From a virus (Duplodnaviria > Heunggongvirae > Uroviricota > Caudoviricetes), in IMG/VR virus record IMGVR_UViG_2718217885_000014, positions 1 to 52,969 of that record: 52,969 nucleotides of DNA, one strand, 5' to 3'. The translations under genes and the position numbers were made by a program. Shown here piece after piece: positions 11,583-21,911 of this stretch. Below the pieces are notes generated by a model. The model was not told the DNA's origin. It saw only the letters and a list, made by a program, of their open reading frames with translations, and did not search any database. Every line of letters begins with the position of its first letter. Position 1 is the first letter of the stretch.

Positions 11583-12254
11583 TCAGCGACCAATCACCAC
11601 AACCTGACCACCGTCCCCCTCGTCTGCCGTGCTGATCTCCTGAGAAGCCACCCGCGACCCCACGCGCATTTCACCGTACAGAACAGGCAGAACATTGCCC
11701 TGGGCAACCATGTTATCCAGTGAGGAGAAATAGGTGTTCTGCTTACCGTTATCCGTTGTCTGTGTACGGGGAGTTCTGGCTTTCGGTGCCAGCATCTGCG
11801 CCACACCACCAAGTACCATACTGGCACCGAGAGAAAACAGGATACCGGTCATACCACCGGCCCCAATGGCTGCCCCCCATGCTGCAAGGGTGGCTCCGGC
11901 AGTAAAGAATGATCCGGCAATGGCGGCAGCCCCCAGGACAATCTGGAATACGCCACCTGACTTGGCCCCGGCGACTCTGGGAACAATATGAATCACAGCG
12001 CCGTCAGGCAGAACCTCATGTAACTGCGCCGTCAATCCGGACGTGCTGACGTCCCGCCCGGAAATCCGTACCTGATACCAGCCGTCGCTCAGTTTCTGAC
12101 GAAACGCCGGGAGCTGTGTGGCCAGCGCCCGGATGGCTTCGGCCCCCGTTTTCACACGCAGATCGATGCGGCGGCCAAATCGTTGTAAATCCCCGTAAAG
12201 GCAGATGCGTGCCATGCCTGGTGACGCCAGAGGGAGTGTGTGCGTCGCTGCCAT
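11583..12254 (-). CDS. I: tail assembly protein I
   Basis: 223 aa, MAATHTLPLASPGMARICLYGDLQRFGRRIDLRV as in lambda I; overlaps the K 3' end as in lambda. Confidence 0.9.
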   Translation of the reverse strand: MAATHTLPLASPGMARICLYGDLQRFGRRIDLRVKTGAEAIRALATQLPAFRQKLSDGWYQVRISGRDVSTSGLTAQLHEVLPDGAVIHIVPRVAGAKSGGVFQIVLGAAAIAGSFFTAGATLAAWGAAIGAGGMTGILFSLGASMVLGGVAQMLAPKARTPRTQTTDNGKQNTYFSSLDNMVAQGNVLPVLYGEMRVGSRVASQEISTADEGDGGQVVVIGR

Positions 12255-12895
12255 TTGTCGGTATACCTCTCTCGTTTGCTCAGTTGTTCAGGAATATGGT
12301 GCAGCAGCTCGCCGTCACCACAGTAAATGGCGGCATGATTCGGCACCGATGAACCAAAGCAGCACAGCAGCACATCGCCCGGTTGTGCTGATGACAACGG
12401 CACCTGATACAGCCCTGTGGCCTCCAGATTATCCAGATAGAGATTCTGACCTGATTTCCACCAGTCATCATGTCGGTAAAAATCCGGCAAATCGATACCT
12501 GCAAGATGATAGGCATCGCGGAACAGCGTATAACAGTCTGTCACCCCGTGCTCAAAACGCCGCCCGGTGAGATGCGGCACACAGCGGAACTTATGAATCA
12601 CTCCCCGGCAGACCAGCCACCACGGCAAATCACTCTGCACCTGCAGCCGCCGGTCGGCCTCACTCAGCCAGGGCAGACCACCGGGGTGGCTGTGGACCAG
12701 CGCCACAATCTCACCCTGCATTTCTGCCTGCAGCCAGTCTTCCGGCGACATACGGAAATACGCCTCCGGCTCACCGGAAATATTCACGCAGGGAAAATAT
12801 CTTTCCCCCTCCGGCGCTCTCACCACGAAGCCGCACGACTCCGCTGGCGCACATCGCCGGGCGTGCGCCAGAATCGCTGATTCTGTCTGTGTCAT
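12152..12895 (-). CDS. K: tail assembly protein K (NlpC/P60-like with MPN-like domain)
   Basis: 247 aa, MTQTESAILAHARRCAPAESCGFVV as in lambda K. Confidence 0.9.
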   Translation of the reverse strand: MTQTESAILAHARRCAPAESCGFVVRAPEGERYFPCVNISGEPEAYFRMSPEDWLQAEMQGEIVALVHSHPGGLPWLSEADRRLQVQSDLPWWLVCRGVIHKFRCVPHLTGRRFEHGVTDCYTLFRDAYHLAGIDLPDFYRHDDWWKSGQNLYLDNLEATGLYQVPLSSAQPGDVLLCCFGSSVPNHAAIYCGDGELLHHIPEQLSKRERYTDKWQRRTHSLWRHQAWHASAFTGIYNDLAAASICV

Positions 12896-12900
12896 GGGAT

Positions 12901-13599
12901 TTACTGCGAAAGTTTGTTAATGGAAAGGAAGCCGCCAAAGTTGCCGACGTTATTGCGGAACTTACAACCGCTCAGGCATTTGCTGCATTTATCCTTCGTG
13001 ATATCGGACGTTGGCTGGTCATATTCATCCGCGACAGCCGGACCGCTATAACCGCACTCATCACCGCGATAGGTCCAGGTGCAGGTGTTGGCCAGCATGA
13101 TACGTCCCGGAAAAACAGCGCCGTCCGTTTCCGTCGGCGTGGACAGTACAAAGGAGGCACTCACCGCGCTCAGTTCGCTGCACTGCTCGATGCGCCAGCG
13201 GCTGATCACCTCCTGCTCCGGATCGGCGTCACTGTTTCCGTTGACGAAGTTCACCGCATCCAGAAAACGGGCGTAAACCTTACGCCGGACCACCGTTCCG
13301 CCGACCAGACTCTGCAGATCTTCCGCCATCCCGGTGACCATACCGTACAGGTTAGAAACCGTCAGCGTGGGGCGCGTACTGGTGCCTTTGCCATTCAGTT
13401 CAAAACCACTCCCCTGAATGGGATACGGCTGATACTGTCGCCCCTGCCAGGTGACCGGCTCACCTTTTTCGTTCTGCTCATTACAGAAAAAATAACGTTC
13501 TCCACCGACCTCTGTCAGGTCGATTTCCCAGAGCACCACGCTGGCCGACTGCTCCGCACGGGTGCATTCATTCAGTGTTTCCTGCCGGATATCCTGCAT
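12901..13599 (-). CDS. L: minor tail protein L
   Basis: 232 aa matching lambda L (MQDIRQETLNECTRAEQSASVVLWEIDLTEVGGERYFFCNEQNEKGEPVTWQGRQYQPYPIQGSGFELNGKGTS). Confidence 0.9.
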   Translation of the reverse strand: MQDIRQETLNECTRAEQSASVVLWEIDLTEVGGERYFFCNEQNEKGEPVTWQGRQYQPYPIQGSGFELNGKGTSTRPTLTVSNLYGMVTGMAEDLQSLVGGTVVRRKVYARFLDAVNFVNGNSDADPEQEVISRWRIEQCSELSAVSASFVLSTPTETDGAVFPGRIMLANTCTWTYRGDECGYSGPAVADEYDQPTSDITKDKCSKCLSGCKFRNNVGNFGGFLSINKLSQ

Positions 13600-13928
13600 C
13601 AGTTCACCACCTGTTCAAACTCTGCGCTGAACTCAACACGCAGCATACTGACCCGCGACGACCATTTTGCGCAGGTCACCTTTATCTGCCGCCACTCATA
13701 AGGCGGCGTCCACAGAAAGGCTTTCCAGCCCCCGTGCTCAGCCAGAAACGACTCCAGCGCCGTGGCCTCCTCACGGGAGACAGACAGCGTCACGCTGTAC
13801 GTTTTCAGGTCAGCGTTCAGCCCGGCAGGCGCTCGCTGGGAATAGCCATCACCAAAGCGCACTTTCCTGACGGAAGGGGCCGAAACCACATCCATACCGG
13901 GTTTCACTTTCCAGCGGAAGGTTTTCAT
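13599..13928 (-). CDS. M: minor tail protein M
   Basis: 109 aa matching lambda M (MKTFRWKVKPGMDVVSAPSVRKVRFGDGYSQRAP). Confidence 0.9.
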   Translation of the reverse strand: MKTFRWKVKPGMDVVSAPSVRKVRFGDGYSQRAPAGLNADLKTYSVTLSVSREEATALESFLAEHGGWKAFLWTPPYEWRQIKVTCAKWSSRVSMLRVEFSAEFEQVVN

Positions 13929-16504
13929 CGTCCACCTCCGGAGAACAGGCCACCATCACGCATCTGTGTCTGAATTTCATCACGGGCACCCTTGCGGGCC
14001 ATGTCATACACTGCCTTCATCATCTGTGGACCTGGCAGACCATTCGTACCGTCGTTCTGAATCACCACGTGATTGTTCTGATTAAAATTAATGCCTTCAG
14101 CCCGCCGCATCTGCGCCGGACTTCCGGCACCGCCCACATAACCACCTTCCGCATAGCCCCGCATCAGGCGGTACAGGTTGCCGACACCAATCCGGCTGGT
14201 TGCCTCCTTCGTGAAGACAAATTCACCACGGTGAACAATCCCCGCTGGCTCATATTTGCCGCCGGTTCCTGTGAATCCTCCGGTTGCAAAATGGAATTTC
14301 GCCGCAGCGGCCTGAATGGCTGTACCGCCTGACGCGGATGCGCCGCCACCAACAGCCCCGCCAATGGCGCTGCCGATACTCCCGACAATCCCCACCATTG
14401 CCTGCTTAAGCAGAATTTCTGTCATCATGGACAGCACGGAACGGGTGAAGCTGCGCCAGTTCTGTTCACTGCCGGTCAGCATCGCCGCCATATTCTGTGC
14501 AATACCATCAAAGGTCTGCGTGGCAGCACTTTTAACCTGCGACATACTGTCCGTGGCGCTCTCTTTCCACTCGCTCCAGCCGGACCTGAGGCCTGCCATC
14601 CAGCTCCCGCGAAGCAGGTCTTCAGCCGCCCAGGTCTTTTTCTGCTCTGACATGACGTTATTCAGCGCCAGAGGATTATCGCCATACTGTTCCTTCAGGC
14701 GCTGTTCCGTGGCTTCCCGTTCTGCCTGCCGGTCAGTCAGCCCCCGGCTTTTCGCATCAATGGCGGCCCGTTTTGCCCGTTGCTGCTGTGCGAATTTATC
14801 CGCCTGCTGCGCCAGCGTGTTCAGGCGCCCCTGATACGTAACCTTGTCACCAAGTGCAGCCAGCTGGCGTTTGTACTCCAGCGTCTCGTCTTTATGCGCC
14901 AGCAGGGATTTCTCCTGTACAGACAGCTGGCGACGTTGCGCCGCCTCCTCCAGTACCGCGAACTGACTCTCCGCCTTCCACAAATCCCGGCGCTGCTGGC
15001 TGATTTTCTCATTCGCTCCGGCATGCTTCTCCAGCGTCCGGAGTTCTGCCTGAAGCGTCAGCAGGGCTGCATGCGCCCGGTCTTCCTGACGCTCCCCGGC
15101 TGACACTTTGACACCTGACGACTTCGGTTTTTTCAGCGTCGATTCATAATCCTTTTTCGCCGCCGCCATCAGCGTGTTGTAATCCGCCTGCAGGATTTTC
15201 CCGTCTTTCAGGGCATTATTCAGCTCTTCCTGCCGGTCAGTATATTTCTCCAGTGGCGTCAGCAGGCGCTCATACGCCTTCTGCGCCTCTCCGGTATACT
15301 TCAGCTGTGACGCCTCACGCTCAGCCCGGTCCCTTGCCACCAGTTCACCGGCTTTTTCCATATCCGACTGCAGCGTGGCTGCCGCCAGCCCCAGACGGGC
15401 ATTTTCACGGTCATCCCATGCACCCTGAAGGTTGGCACGGAAAGAGGAGGTCTTTCCCCGGCGCTGACTCCGGCTCTGGTACCACTGCCATTTTTTATCC
15501 GCCTCATCAAATGCCTTCTGCGCACTGGCGAGCATATCCGCTGAGGATTCAGGACGACCGATATCCAGGATGGCATCCCACATCAATTTGAATGCCTTCC
15601 CGGTTTTATCCGCCCAGTTTTCCAGCGTCCCCATGTTTTCTTTCAGGCGACGGGTCTGCTCATCAAAGCCTTTTGTGGCGATATCGTTCGCCGCCTGTAA
15701 GGCCCCTGCCTCATCCCCCGAACGCTGCAGCTGCGCAACATACGCAATCTGCTCTGCCGTCACGTTACGGAACTGGCGCGCCATAGCCATCAGTCCCGAC
15801 GTCGGGTCGGTGGTCAGCTTTCCAAAAGCCTCTGCAACCTTGTCCACTTCCACACCGGATGCAGAAGCAAAACGCGCCACACTCTGGTTGATGGCATCAA
15901 ACTGTTCACCACCACGCACACCGGCATTCACCAGGGCTGCCAGTGACTCACTCGCCTGGTTAAACGTCAGCCCTGCTGCCTGTCCGGCTCTGGACAGGAC
16001 CAGCATGCGATCTGCCGTCAGACCCGACTGATTGCCGGAAAGGACCAGCGTTTTGTTGAAATCGGACAGGGTTGAGTTGCCCTGATACCAGGCATACGCC
16101 AGCGCACCGGTCGCCACCGCCAGCGAGGTGGCCCCGACCATCGGCAGGGTGATCGCACCGGCAAGCCCCCTGAACATGGGGATCATCCCGCCGAAGGAGT
16201 CCTTAACCTGACCACCCTGTTGCAGCAGGATCAGCCACGGACTTTGCCCGCCTGCAAGCTGCGTGGCCACGTCGGTGAACTGTGCAGGCAGCATACGCAT
16301 GGCGGCTTTATACTGCCCGACGGAAATCCCCGCTTTCTGTGCAGCCAGCGCCTGCCGGTTCATCGACTGTTCAACGACTGCCGCTGTTTTTTTCGCATCA
16401 CTTTCCGTACCGGAAAAATGACGCCTGACTCTGGCCATCTGCTCGTCAAATCTGGCCGCATCAAGACTTAAATCAACGACCAGATCGCCTACCGGTTCAG
16501 CCAT
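13925..16504 (-). CDS. H: tail tape measure protein H
   Basis: 859 aa (lambda H is 853 aa from memory); N-terminus MAEPVGDLVVDLSLDAARFDEQMARV; coiled-coil-rich middle; Gly-rich C-terminal region. Confidence 0.9.
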   Translation of the reverse strand: MAEPVGDLVVDLSLDAARFDEQMARVRRHFSGTESDAKKTAAVVEQSMNRQALAAQKAGISVGQYKAAMRMLPAQFTDVATQLAGGQSPWLILLQQGGQVKDSFGGMIPMFRGLAGAITLPMVGATSLAVATGALAYAWYQGNSTLSDFNKTLVLSGNQSGLTADRMLVLSRAGQAAGLTFNQASESLAALVNAGVRGGEQFDAINQSVARFASASGVEVDKVAEAFGKLTTDPTSGLMAMARQFRNVTAEQIAYVAQLQRSGDEAGALQAANDIATKGFDEQTRRLKENMGTLENWADKTGKAFKLMWDAILDIGRPESSADMLASAQKAFDEADKKWQWYQSRSQRRGKTSSFRANLQGAWDDRENARLGLAAATLQSDMEKAGELVARDRAEREASQLKYTGEAQKAYERLLTPLEKYTDRQEELNNALKDGKILQADYNTLMAAAKKDYESTLKKPKSSGVKVSAGERQEDRAHAALLTLQAELRTLEKHAGANEKISQQRRDLWKAESQFAVLEEAAQRRQLSVQEKSLLAHKDETLEYKRQLAALGDKVTYQGRLNTLAQQADKFAQQQRAKRAAIDAKSRGLTDRQAEREATEQRLKEQYGDNPLALNNVMSEQKKTWAAEDLLRGSWMAGLRSGWSEWKESATDSMSQVKSAATQTFDGIAQNMAAMLTGSEQNWRSFTRSVLSMMTEILLKQAMVGIVGSIGSAIGGAVGGGASASGGTAIQAAAAKFHFATGGFTGTGGKYEPAGIVHRGEFVFTKEATSRIGVGNLYRLMRGYAEGGYVGGAGSPAQMRRAEGINFNQNNHVVIQNDGTNGLPGPQMMKAVYDMARKGARDEIQTQMRDGGLFSGGGR

Positions 16505-17335
16505 ACCGGACTCCTCCTGCGATCCCTTCTGATACTGTCATCAGCATTACGTCATCCTCCGTCATGTCCGCCACATCCGGGGAAGCGGGGATAACTTCAT
16601 TCCCGTCCGGGCCAAAGCGGACGCCTCCGGCAAGCCCTGCCGCTTTCTGCATCAGCACATCATCTTCAGGCTCTTCGTCAGCCTCACGCCGGTTCAGCAG
16701 ACTGAAATCCAGCGGATGCATATCCGGATCGCTGAAAAACAGGCTGAGCACGGTGTACGTCAGCCCGGAAAAGTGCATATCCAGCAGAACATCATGAAAA
16801 TAATGGGTACTGTAAAAGCGGTGCCAGTCGGCATACTCCGTGGATGACATCCCGGCAAGCATGGCACGCCAGTCGGGTCGCCCCATCTCGCGCGCCAGTT
16901 TCAGGGCAAAACTCAGCTCACCGTCGAACACTTTCCCGCAGAAACAGGCTCTGCAGGCCCGGCGTCCTCTGCCTGTTCAGGGGCATCATTCACCACAAAC
17001 TCATACATACCGGACAGCCGGTACACCACGTTTTCAGCATGAGAAATTGCCTCTGTGGGCCAGGTGGTAAGCACTTCCTGCTCAATCTGTTTAACGGCTT
17101 CATTCATGGAAGGCTGCTTTGTCTTCTGCGGATGGTTATGCCACAGGGACATAGCCACCACAAAAGCACCGGTTCTGATGGCGTCTTCCACTGTAAACTT
17201 CCGGTTGCTGTCTGACTCCGCCTGTTCTGCCTGCCGTTTCATCAGGGCGAGATGCTCAATGCGCTGCAGGGCTGACAGTTCAGAAAGCGTGACGGTCACA
17301 CCGTTATGTTCAAATGATTCGGTTTTCAGGAACAT
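16497..17335 (-). CDS. tail assembly chaperone G-T fusion made by programmed -1 frameshift
   Basis: Minus-strand slippery heptamer G GGA AAG (plus-strand ctttccc, 16931-16937) near the end of G; the -1 frame continues as the lambda T sequence (FDGELSFALKLAREMGRPDWRAMLAGMSSTEYADWHRFY) to 16497. Confidence 0.75.
16913..17335 (-). CDS. G: tail assembly chaperone G
   Basis: 140 aa, MFLKTESFEHNGVTVTLSELSALQRIEHLALMKRQ as in lambda G; TGA stop at 16913-16915. Confidence 0.9.
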   Translation of the reverse strand: MFLKTESFEHNGVTVTLSELSALQRIEHLALMKRQAEQAESDSNRKFTVEDAIRTGAFVVAMSLWHNHPQKTKQPSMNEAVKQIEQEVLTTWPTEAISHAENVVYRLSGMYEFVVNDAPEQAEDAGPAEPVSAGKCSTVS

Positions 17336-17350
17336 CGCTGACTCTCCGGA

Positions 17351-18091
17351 TTAACTGGCGGTGACGGTAATTTCTGCAACCGCAGCAAACTCACCATTAC
17401 CGGATACAACCGGAATGTTGACCTTGCCTGCAGCAACGCCGTTCACGGTGATGGTCATACCACTGACCGACACGGTGGCTTTTGTTTTATCCGCAGACAC
17501 CGCACGAAAGCTCTTGTCGGTTACGCCCTCCGGCTGGAATGCCACGGTCAGCGTGGTGCTCTGCCCTTTCACCACCGAGGTGCTGGCAGGCGTCACGGTC
17601 ATGCCGGTTGCCGCTGTTACCGTGCTGCGATCTTCTGCCATCGACGGACGTCCCACATTGGTGACCTTCACCGTGCGGGTGATCACTTCCTTCGCCGTCA
17701 CCGCCTTACCGATACTGCTGACCCAGCCACGGAACACATCGACCGTGCCGTTCGGGAAGCGGATTTTATAGGCACGGGTATCGCCTTCATTAAACCACGC
17801 CAGCAGCGCCTGCTGCCCCTGCTCTCCGGGCATCCACGCCAGCGTGAAGCTGGTATCTCCGGCAGATTTCTGCCCCTGCCCGGTCGCAGTCCAGTCTGCA
17901 TCTTCATCATCGAGATAGCTGTCGTCATAGGACTCAGCGGTCAGTTCGCCGGGCGTCAGGTCTTTAACTTTTGCCAGACGCGACCAGTCAACGTCTGAAA
18001 GCGGGTTCGCATAAGGGTCGCCGCTCCCGTTATAAACCCACAGGGTGGTTCCGGCACCTTTCACCGGTATTGCTGGATTTGGTACAGGCAT
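17351..18091 (-). CDS. V: major tail protein V with C-terminal Ig-like domain
   Basis: 246 aa from internal ATG ([20 protein letters not shown]), matching lambda V; the track ORF begins 10 codons upstream at a TTG. Confidence 0.9.
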   Translation of the reverse strand: MPVPNPAIPVKGAGTTLWVYNGSGDPYANPLSDVDWSRLAKVKDLTPGELTAESYDDSYLDDEDADWTATGQGQKSAGDTSFTLAWMPGEQGQQALLAWFNEGDTRAYKIRFPNGTVDVFRGWVSSIGKAVTAKEVITRTVKVTNVGRPSMAEDRSTVTAATGMTVTPASTSVVKGQSTTLTVAFQPEGVTDKSFRAVSADKTKATVSVSGMTITVNGVAAGKVNIPVVSGNGEFAAVAEITVTAS

Positions 18092-18098
18092 ATCGTCC

Positions 18099-18494
18099 TC
18101 ACATTTCATAGGTAATGACATAAGTCAGATCGGCTGAACTCCACAGGCCCGCATCATCGTCGCGCCGGTAGTCATAGCCGCTGGCCACCATACTGGTGAT
18201 CAAATCTGACAGTGCCGGGATATCACTCATCACCGGATAAATCCGGGACTCCATCCACGCATCCAGCTCTGAATCCGGCACCTGAGCAGGCAGGAAAACT
18301 TCGATATGCAGCTCCGCCTGCCAGGTATCGCTGTCCAGCTCTTCGCCCGTGTATTCAGCGCCGGTGAGATAAACGGCAACTGCCGGAAAATCCGCCTCAT
18401 CAAAAACAGCGGGGCGACCATCAAAAAACGTCGCCCCGGTGTCATGCTTCTCCAGTGCATCCAGTACGGCTGCACGGAGTTCAGTATGTTTCAT
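18099..18494 (-). CDS. U: tail terminator protein U
   Basis: 131 aa, [52 protein letters not shown] as in lambda U. Confidence 0.9.
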   Translation of the reverse strand: MKHTELRAAVLDALEKHDTGATFFDGRPAVFDEADFPAVAVYLTGAEYTGEELDSDTWQAELHIEVFLPAQVPDSELDAWMESRIYPVMSDIPALSDLITSMVASGYDYRRDDDAGLWSSADLTYVITYEM

Positions 18495-19069
18495 CGCTTT
18501 ATTACCATCCTCAGTTGATGCTGCAGCGCATAGCCCAGCTCTTTCGGAAGACGTTCACGCCGTATCCGCTCAATATTTTGTTTAAACGCCGTGGTCAGCG
18601 GCACCGCCATCGGGATTTTCACTACATCAATGGGGTAACGGTTTTTCCCGGCCACACGCTGCATGACATGCCAGCGGCCATTTTTCAGTTGCTGAATAAA
18701 CGCGCCGGGAATACGACGGTTTCCCACCACAAGCACGCTGCCGCCACCTTTCAGGGCTGAACGCTGCCCCTTTTTACGACGCCTGCGGCGCGAAAGGACA
18801 ACCCGCGCATTACCCAGCCTGATTACGGGCAAATCCCCCCGGTTAACTTTGATTCTGGCCTGCGGATTTTTGACCGTGGCCCTTTTCAGCCTGGCCCTTT
18901 CCTTTACCAGTTTCCGGCGTACCTTTGTCTCACGGGCAACCTGTGACGCCGACTGCGATATCGCGGATGAAGCAACGCGGTTAATGGCCATTGCGGCGGC
19001 ACCAGGCACCGCCGTTTTGCTGATACGGCTGAGGTTTTCAACGGCCTGCTCAAGACCTTTTATGGCCAT
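18491..19069 (-). CDS. Z: tail completion protein Z
   Basis: 192 aa, MAIKGLEQAVENLSRISKTAVPGAAAMAINRVASSAISQSASQVARE as in lambda Z. Confidence 0.9.
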   Translation of the reverse strand: MAIKGLEQAVENLSRISKTAVPGAAAMAINRVASSAISQSASQVARETKVRRKLVKERARLKRATVKNPQARIKVNRGDLPVIRLGNARVVLSRRRRRKKGQRSALKGGGSVLVVGNRRIPGAFIQQLKNGRWHVMQRVAGKNRYPIDVVKIPMAVPLTTAFKQNIERIRRERLPKELGYALQHQLRMVIKR

Positions 19070-19080
19070 ACATCCCCCTT

Positions 19081-19434
19081 TCAGCGGCGACGGTTAACGG
19101 CAGGCGGTACGCCCCGCCCAAGCCAGAGATGACAGCTTCCACCATCATCCGGCGAAACCCGGTCTATCCAGAAGTTTTCCTCACCGATGGTCAGCGTGTC
19201 TCCACGCCGCAGTTGCCGCACCTCATCAGTCCGGACAAACAGGGACGGGCTGGAGCCTTCAACGCGCACGCCCTGTCCGGCATAGCTGATATTTTCAGGG
19301 TCATCAAAAACACCACGTATTACTGCGCCGGACTGCTCACCGGATGTCATGGTGGCTGACGTTCCCATGTACCTGCGTATCGTTTCATCGGCGCGGGCAA
19401 TGGCAGCATCGAACAGGTTATCGAAATCAGCCAC
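19081..19434 (-). CDS. FII: head-tail joining protein FII
   Basis: 117 aa, MADFDNLFDAAIARADETIR as in lambda FII. Confidence 0.9.
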   Translation of the reverse strand: MADFDNLFDAAIARADETIRRYMGTSATMTSGEQSGAVIRGVFDDPENISYAGQGVRVEGSSPSLFVRTDEVRQLRRGDTLTIGEENFWIDRVSPDDGGSCHLWLGRGVPPAVNRRR

Positions 19435-19445
19435 AGCGCCTCCCG

Positions 19446-19841
19446 TTATTGCATTCTGGCCAGGCCACGTTCTGTCATTTCGGCTGCCACACCGGCAGAG
19501 ACACGGAACGCCGTTCCCGGCAGCACAAATGCCACAGCCTCATCCCGCGTGGCGTGAAGTGCATCGGTATGCAGCGTCACCAGTGCCACAACCGTGACCA
19601 GAGCAGCCGTATCAGTCACGGTATCCGTCTGTGCTGATACCAACTCATTTTCATGTCCGGTCAGCGCATTTTCCGGGCTGACAGACGTGTCCTGACCGGC
19701 TGCGTCATCCGTGTCATCAAGCTCCTCTTCCAGCTCTGCCACACGGAGCGCCAGTTCTTCTTTCGTCCCCGTCAGGCTGACATCACGGTTCAGTTGCTCA
19801 CCCAGCGACCGGAGACGGGCAATCAGTTCATCTTTCGTCAT
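19446..19841 (-). CDS. FI: DNA packaging protein FI
   Basis: 131 aa from internal ATG (MTKDELIARLRSLGEQLNRDVSLTGTKEELALRVAELEEELDD), matching lambda FI; track ORF starts 13 codons upstream. Confidence 0.85.
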   Translation of the reverse strand: MTKDELIARLRSLGEQLNRDVSLTGTKEELALRVAELEEELDDTDDAAGQDTSVSPENALTGHENELVSAQTDTVTDTAALVTVVALVTLHTDALHATRDEAVAFVLPGTAFRVSAGVAAEMTERGLARMQ

Positions 19842-19882
19842 GGACTCCTCCACAGAGAGAAAATGGCCCCGAAGGGCCATGA

Positions 19883-20908
19883 TTACGCCAGTTGTACGGA
19901 CACAAACGCATCAGGGTCAGCCAGCAGCATCAGCGGTGCTGACTGAATCATGGTGAACTCACGCGCCGGATCGCCGGTGGTCACCCAGTTTTTCGGGTAA
20001 CGGGCAGAGGCGTTAATGCCTTCGCGCTGTGCGTCCGCATCCTGAATGCAGCCATAGGTGCGCAGACCGCGTGCCTGAGTGTTCCCCAGCACCATCGTGT
20101 TGTCCGGCAGGAAGTTCTTTTTGACGCCGTTTTCCACGTACTGTCCGGAATACACGACGATGGCCACATCGCCATACATCCCCTTATAGGACACCGCTTC
20201 GCCCAGGTCTTTCACCGCTGTCTCCAGCTCGGAATTAGAGCCACGACGGGTATCCAGCTTCTCCCTGACGGCTTTGAAGGAACGGAACAGCGCCCAGCCT
20301 TTCGGATCGAACACGATGATATTCACCACACCGCTGGCGTTCAGCGCGTAGGCTTCGATATCGTCGGTCGGGTCATACGTGGACTTGTCACGCTTGCTCC
20401 ACTCCGTGCCGCCGGACTGCGTGATGTTATTCTCCTCACTGCGGCCCATATCCACCTCAACCGGATCGAAGGCTTCACCGGTCATGGTGTATTTGCCCTT
20501 AAGCACGGCAGAAACTGCCTGCATCTCTTCGACCTGAGCAATGGCCAGCTCTTCGTCACGCATGTTCTGCATGATGATGCGACGGCGGCGGTAAGCCGGG
20601 TCCGCCAGATTCTGCGGATCTTCATCCGGCAGGCGACGCAGGGTCATCTGCGGATTCACTTCATGCTTCGGCTTGACATATCCCGGCGTAAATTCAGAGG
20701 TGGAGCCGCCACGGGAACGGATAACCTCACCGGAAACAATCGGCGAAACGTACAGCGCCATGTTTACCAGTCCCGGAATTTGTGAGAGATAGACTTTCTC
20801 CGTGGTGAAGGGATAGCTCTCACGGAAAAAGAGACGCAGAAACAGCGGATCAAACTTAAATTTCTGCTCATTTGCCGCCAGCAGTTGGGCGGTTGTGTAC
20901 ATCGACAT
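19883..20908 (-). CDS. E: major capsid protein E
   Basis: 341 aa from MSMYTTAQLLAANEQKFKFDPLFLRLFFRESYPFTTEKVYLSQIPGLVNMALYVSPIVSGEVIRSRGGSTSEF, near-identical to lambda E. Confidence 0.95.
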   Translation of the reverse strand: MSMYTTAQLLAANEQKFKFDPLFLRLFFRESYPFTTEKVYLSQIPGLVNMALYVSPIVSGEVIRSRGGSTSEFTPGYVKPKHEVNPQMTLRRLPDEDPQNLADPAYRRRRIIMQNMRDEELAIAQVEEMQAVSAVLKGKYTMTGEAFDPVEVDMGRSEENNITQSGGTEWSKRDKSTYDPTDDIEAYALNASGVVNIIVFDPKGWALFRSFKAVREKLDTRRGSNSELETAVKDLGEAVSYKGMYGDVAIVVYSGQYVENGVKKNFLPDNTMVLGNTQARGLRTYGCIQDADAQREGINASARYPKNWVTTGDPAREFTMIQSAPLMLLADPDAFVSVQLA

Positions 20909-20963
20909 AAAAAAATCCCGTAAAAAAAGCCGCACAGGCGGCCTTTAGTGATGAAGGGTAAAG

Positions 20964-21296
20964 TTAAACGATGCTGATTGCCGTTCCGGCAAACGCGGTC
21001 CGTTTTTTCGTCTCGTCGCTGGCAGCCTCCGGCCAGAGCACATCCTCATAACGGAACGTGCCGGACTTGTAGAACGTCAGCGTGGTGCTGGTCTGGTCAG
21101 CAGCAACCGCAAGAATGCCAACGGCAGCACCGTCGGTGGTGCCATCCCACGCAACCAGCTTACGGCTGGAGGTGTCCAGCATCAGCGGGGTCATTGCAGG
21201 CGCTTTCGCACTCAATCCGCCGGGCGCGGTTGCGGTATGAGCCGGGTCACTGTTGCCCTGCGGCTGGTAATGGGTAAAGGTTTCTTTGCTCGCCAT
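20964..21296 (-). CDS. D: head decoration protein D
   Basis: 110 aa from second ATG ([52 protein letters not shown]), matching lambda D; AAGGG Shine-Dalgarno about 6 nt upstream of this ATG. Confidence 0.9.
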   Translation of the reverse strand: MASKETFTHYQPQGNSDPAHTATAPGGLSAKAPAMTPLMLDTSSRKLVAWDGTTDGAAVGILAVAADQTSTTLTFYKSGTFRYEDVLWPEAASDETKKRTAFAGTAISIV

Positions 21297-21305
21297 AAAC
21301 ATCCC

Positions 21306-21911
21306 TTACACTGGTGTGTTCAGCAAATCGTTAACGGCATCAGATGCCGGGTTACCTGCAGCCAGCGGTGCCGGTGCCCCCTGCATCAGACGATCCAGCG
21401 CAGTGTCACTGCGCGCCTGTGCACTCTGTGGTGCTGCGGCCAGAATGCGGCGGGCCGTTTTCACGGTCATACCGGGGGTTTCTGCCAGCACGCGTGCCTG
21501 TTCTTCGCGTCCGTGAGCCTCCTCACAGTTGAGGATCCCCATAATGCGGCTGTTTTCTGCCGCAACCGCTGCGGTGATCTGCGCGTTCACGTCCGGCTGC
21601 GCCGCGCTGGCGTTCTCGCCCTCCGTCGCTGGCACCACGTCAGTAACGTCAGCCTGCGAAGCAGTGGCTGAAACAGTTGTTGATTGAGTCTCTTTGGTCA
21701 TTCGCCCTCCTGAGATACGGGATTTACGTGCATCCAGTGCATCACGCATGACGGTGATCGCATCGGTGCTGTTAACAAGTTCATCAGCCAGTCCGGCATC
21801 AATGGCCTCCTGACCGCTGTACACTGCAGCCTCGGTATCCAGCACAGCCTGCACGGACAGGCCGGTATATGCCGACACCTTCTGCGCAAACATCTGGCGG
21901 GTTGCGTCCAT
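21306..21911 (-). CDS. Nu3: scaffolding protein Nu3 (in-frame internal start within C)
   Basis: In-frame ATG (plus-strand cat at 21909-21911) exactly 606 nt upstream of the C stop, the size remembered for lambda Nu3; encodes MDATRQMFAQKVSAYTGLSV. Confidence 0.7.
   Translation of the reverse strand: MDATRQMFAQKVSAYTGLSVQAVLDTEAAVYSGQEAIDAGLADELVNSTDAITVMRDALDARKSRISGGRMTKETQSTTVSATASQADVTDVVPATEGENASAAQPDVNAQITAAVAAENSRIMGILNCEEAHGREEQARVLAETPGMTVKTARRILAAAPQSAQARSDTALDRLMQGAPAPLAAGNPASDAVNDLLNTPV

Noticed and set aside
14316-16031. Several 100-170-aa plus-strand ORFs antisense to the tape measure gene H
   Set aside because: Ala/Pro/Ser/Arg-rich junk-like translations with no start context; H occupies the opposite strand throughout.
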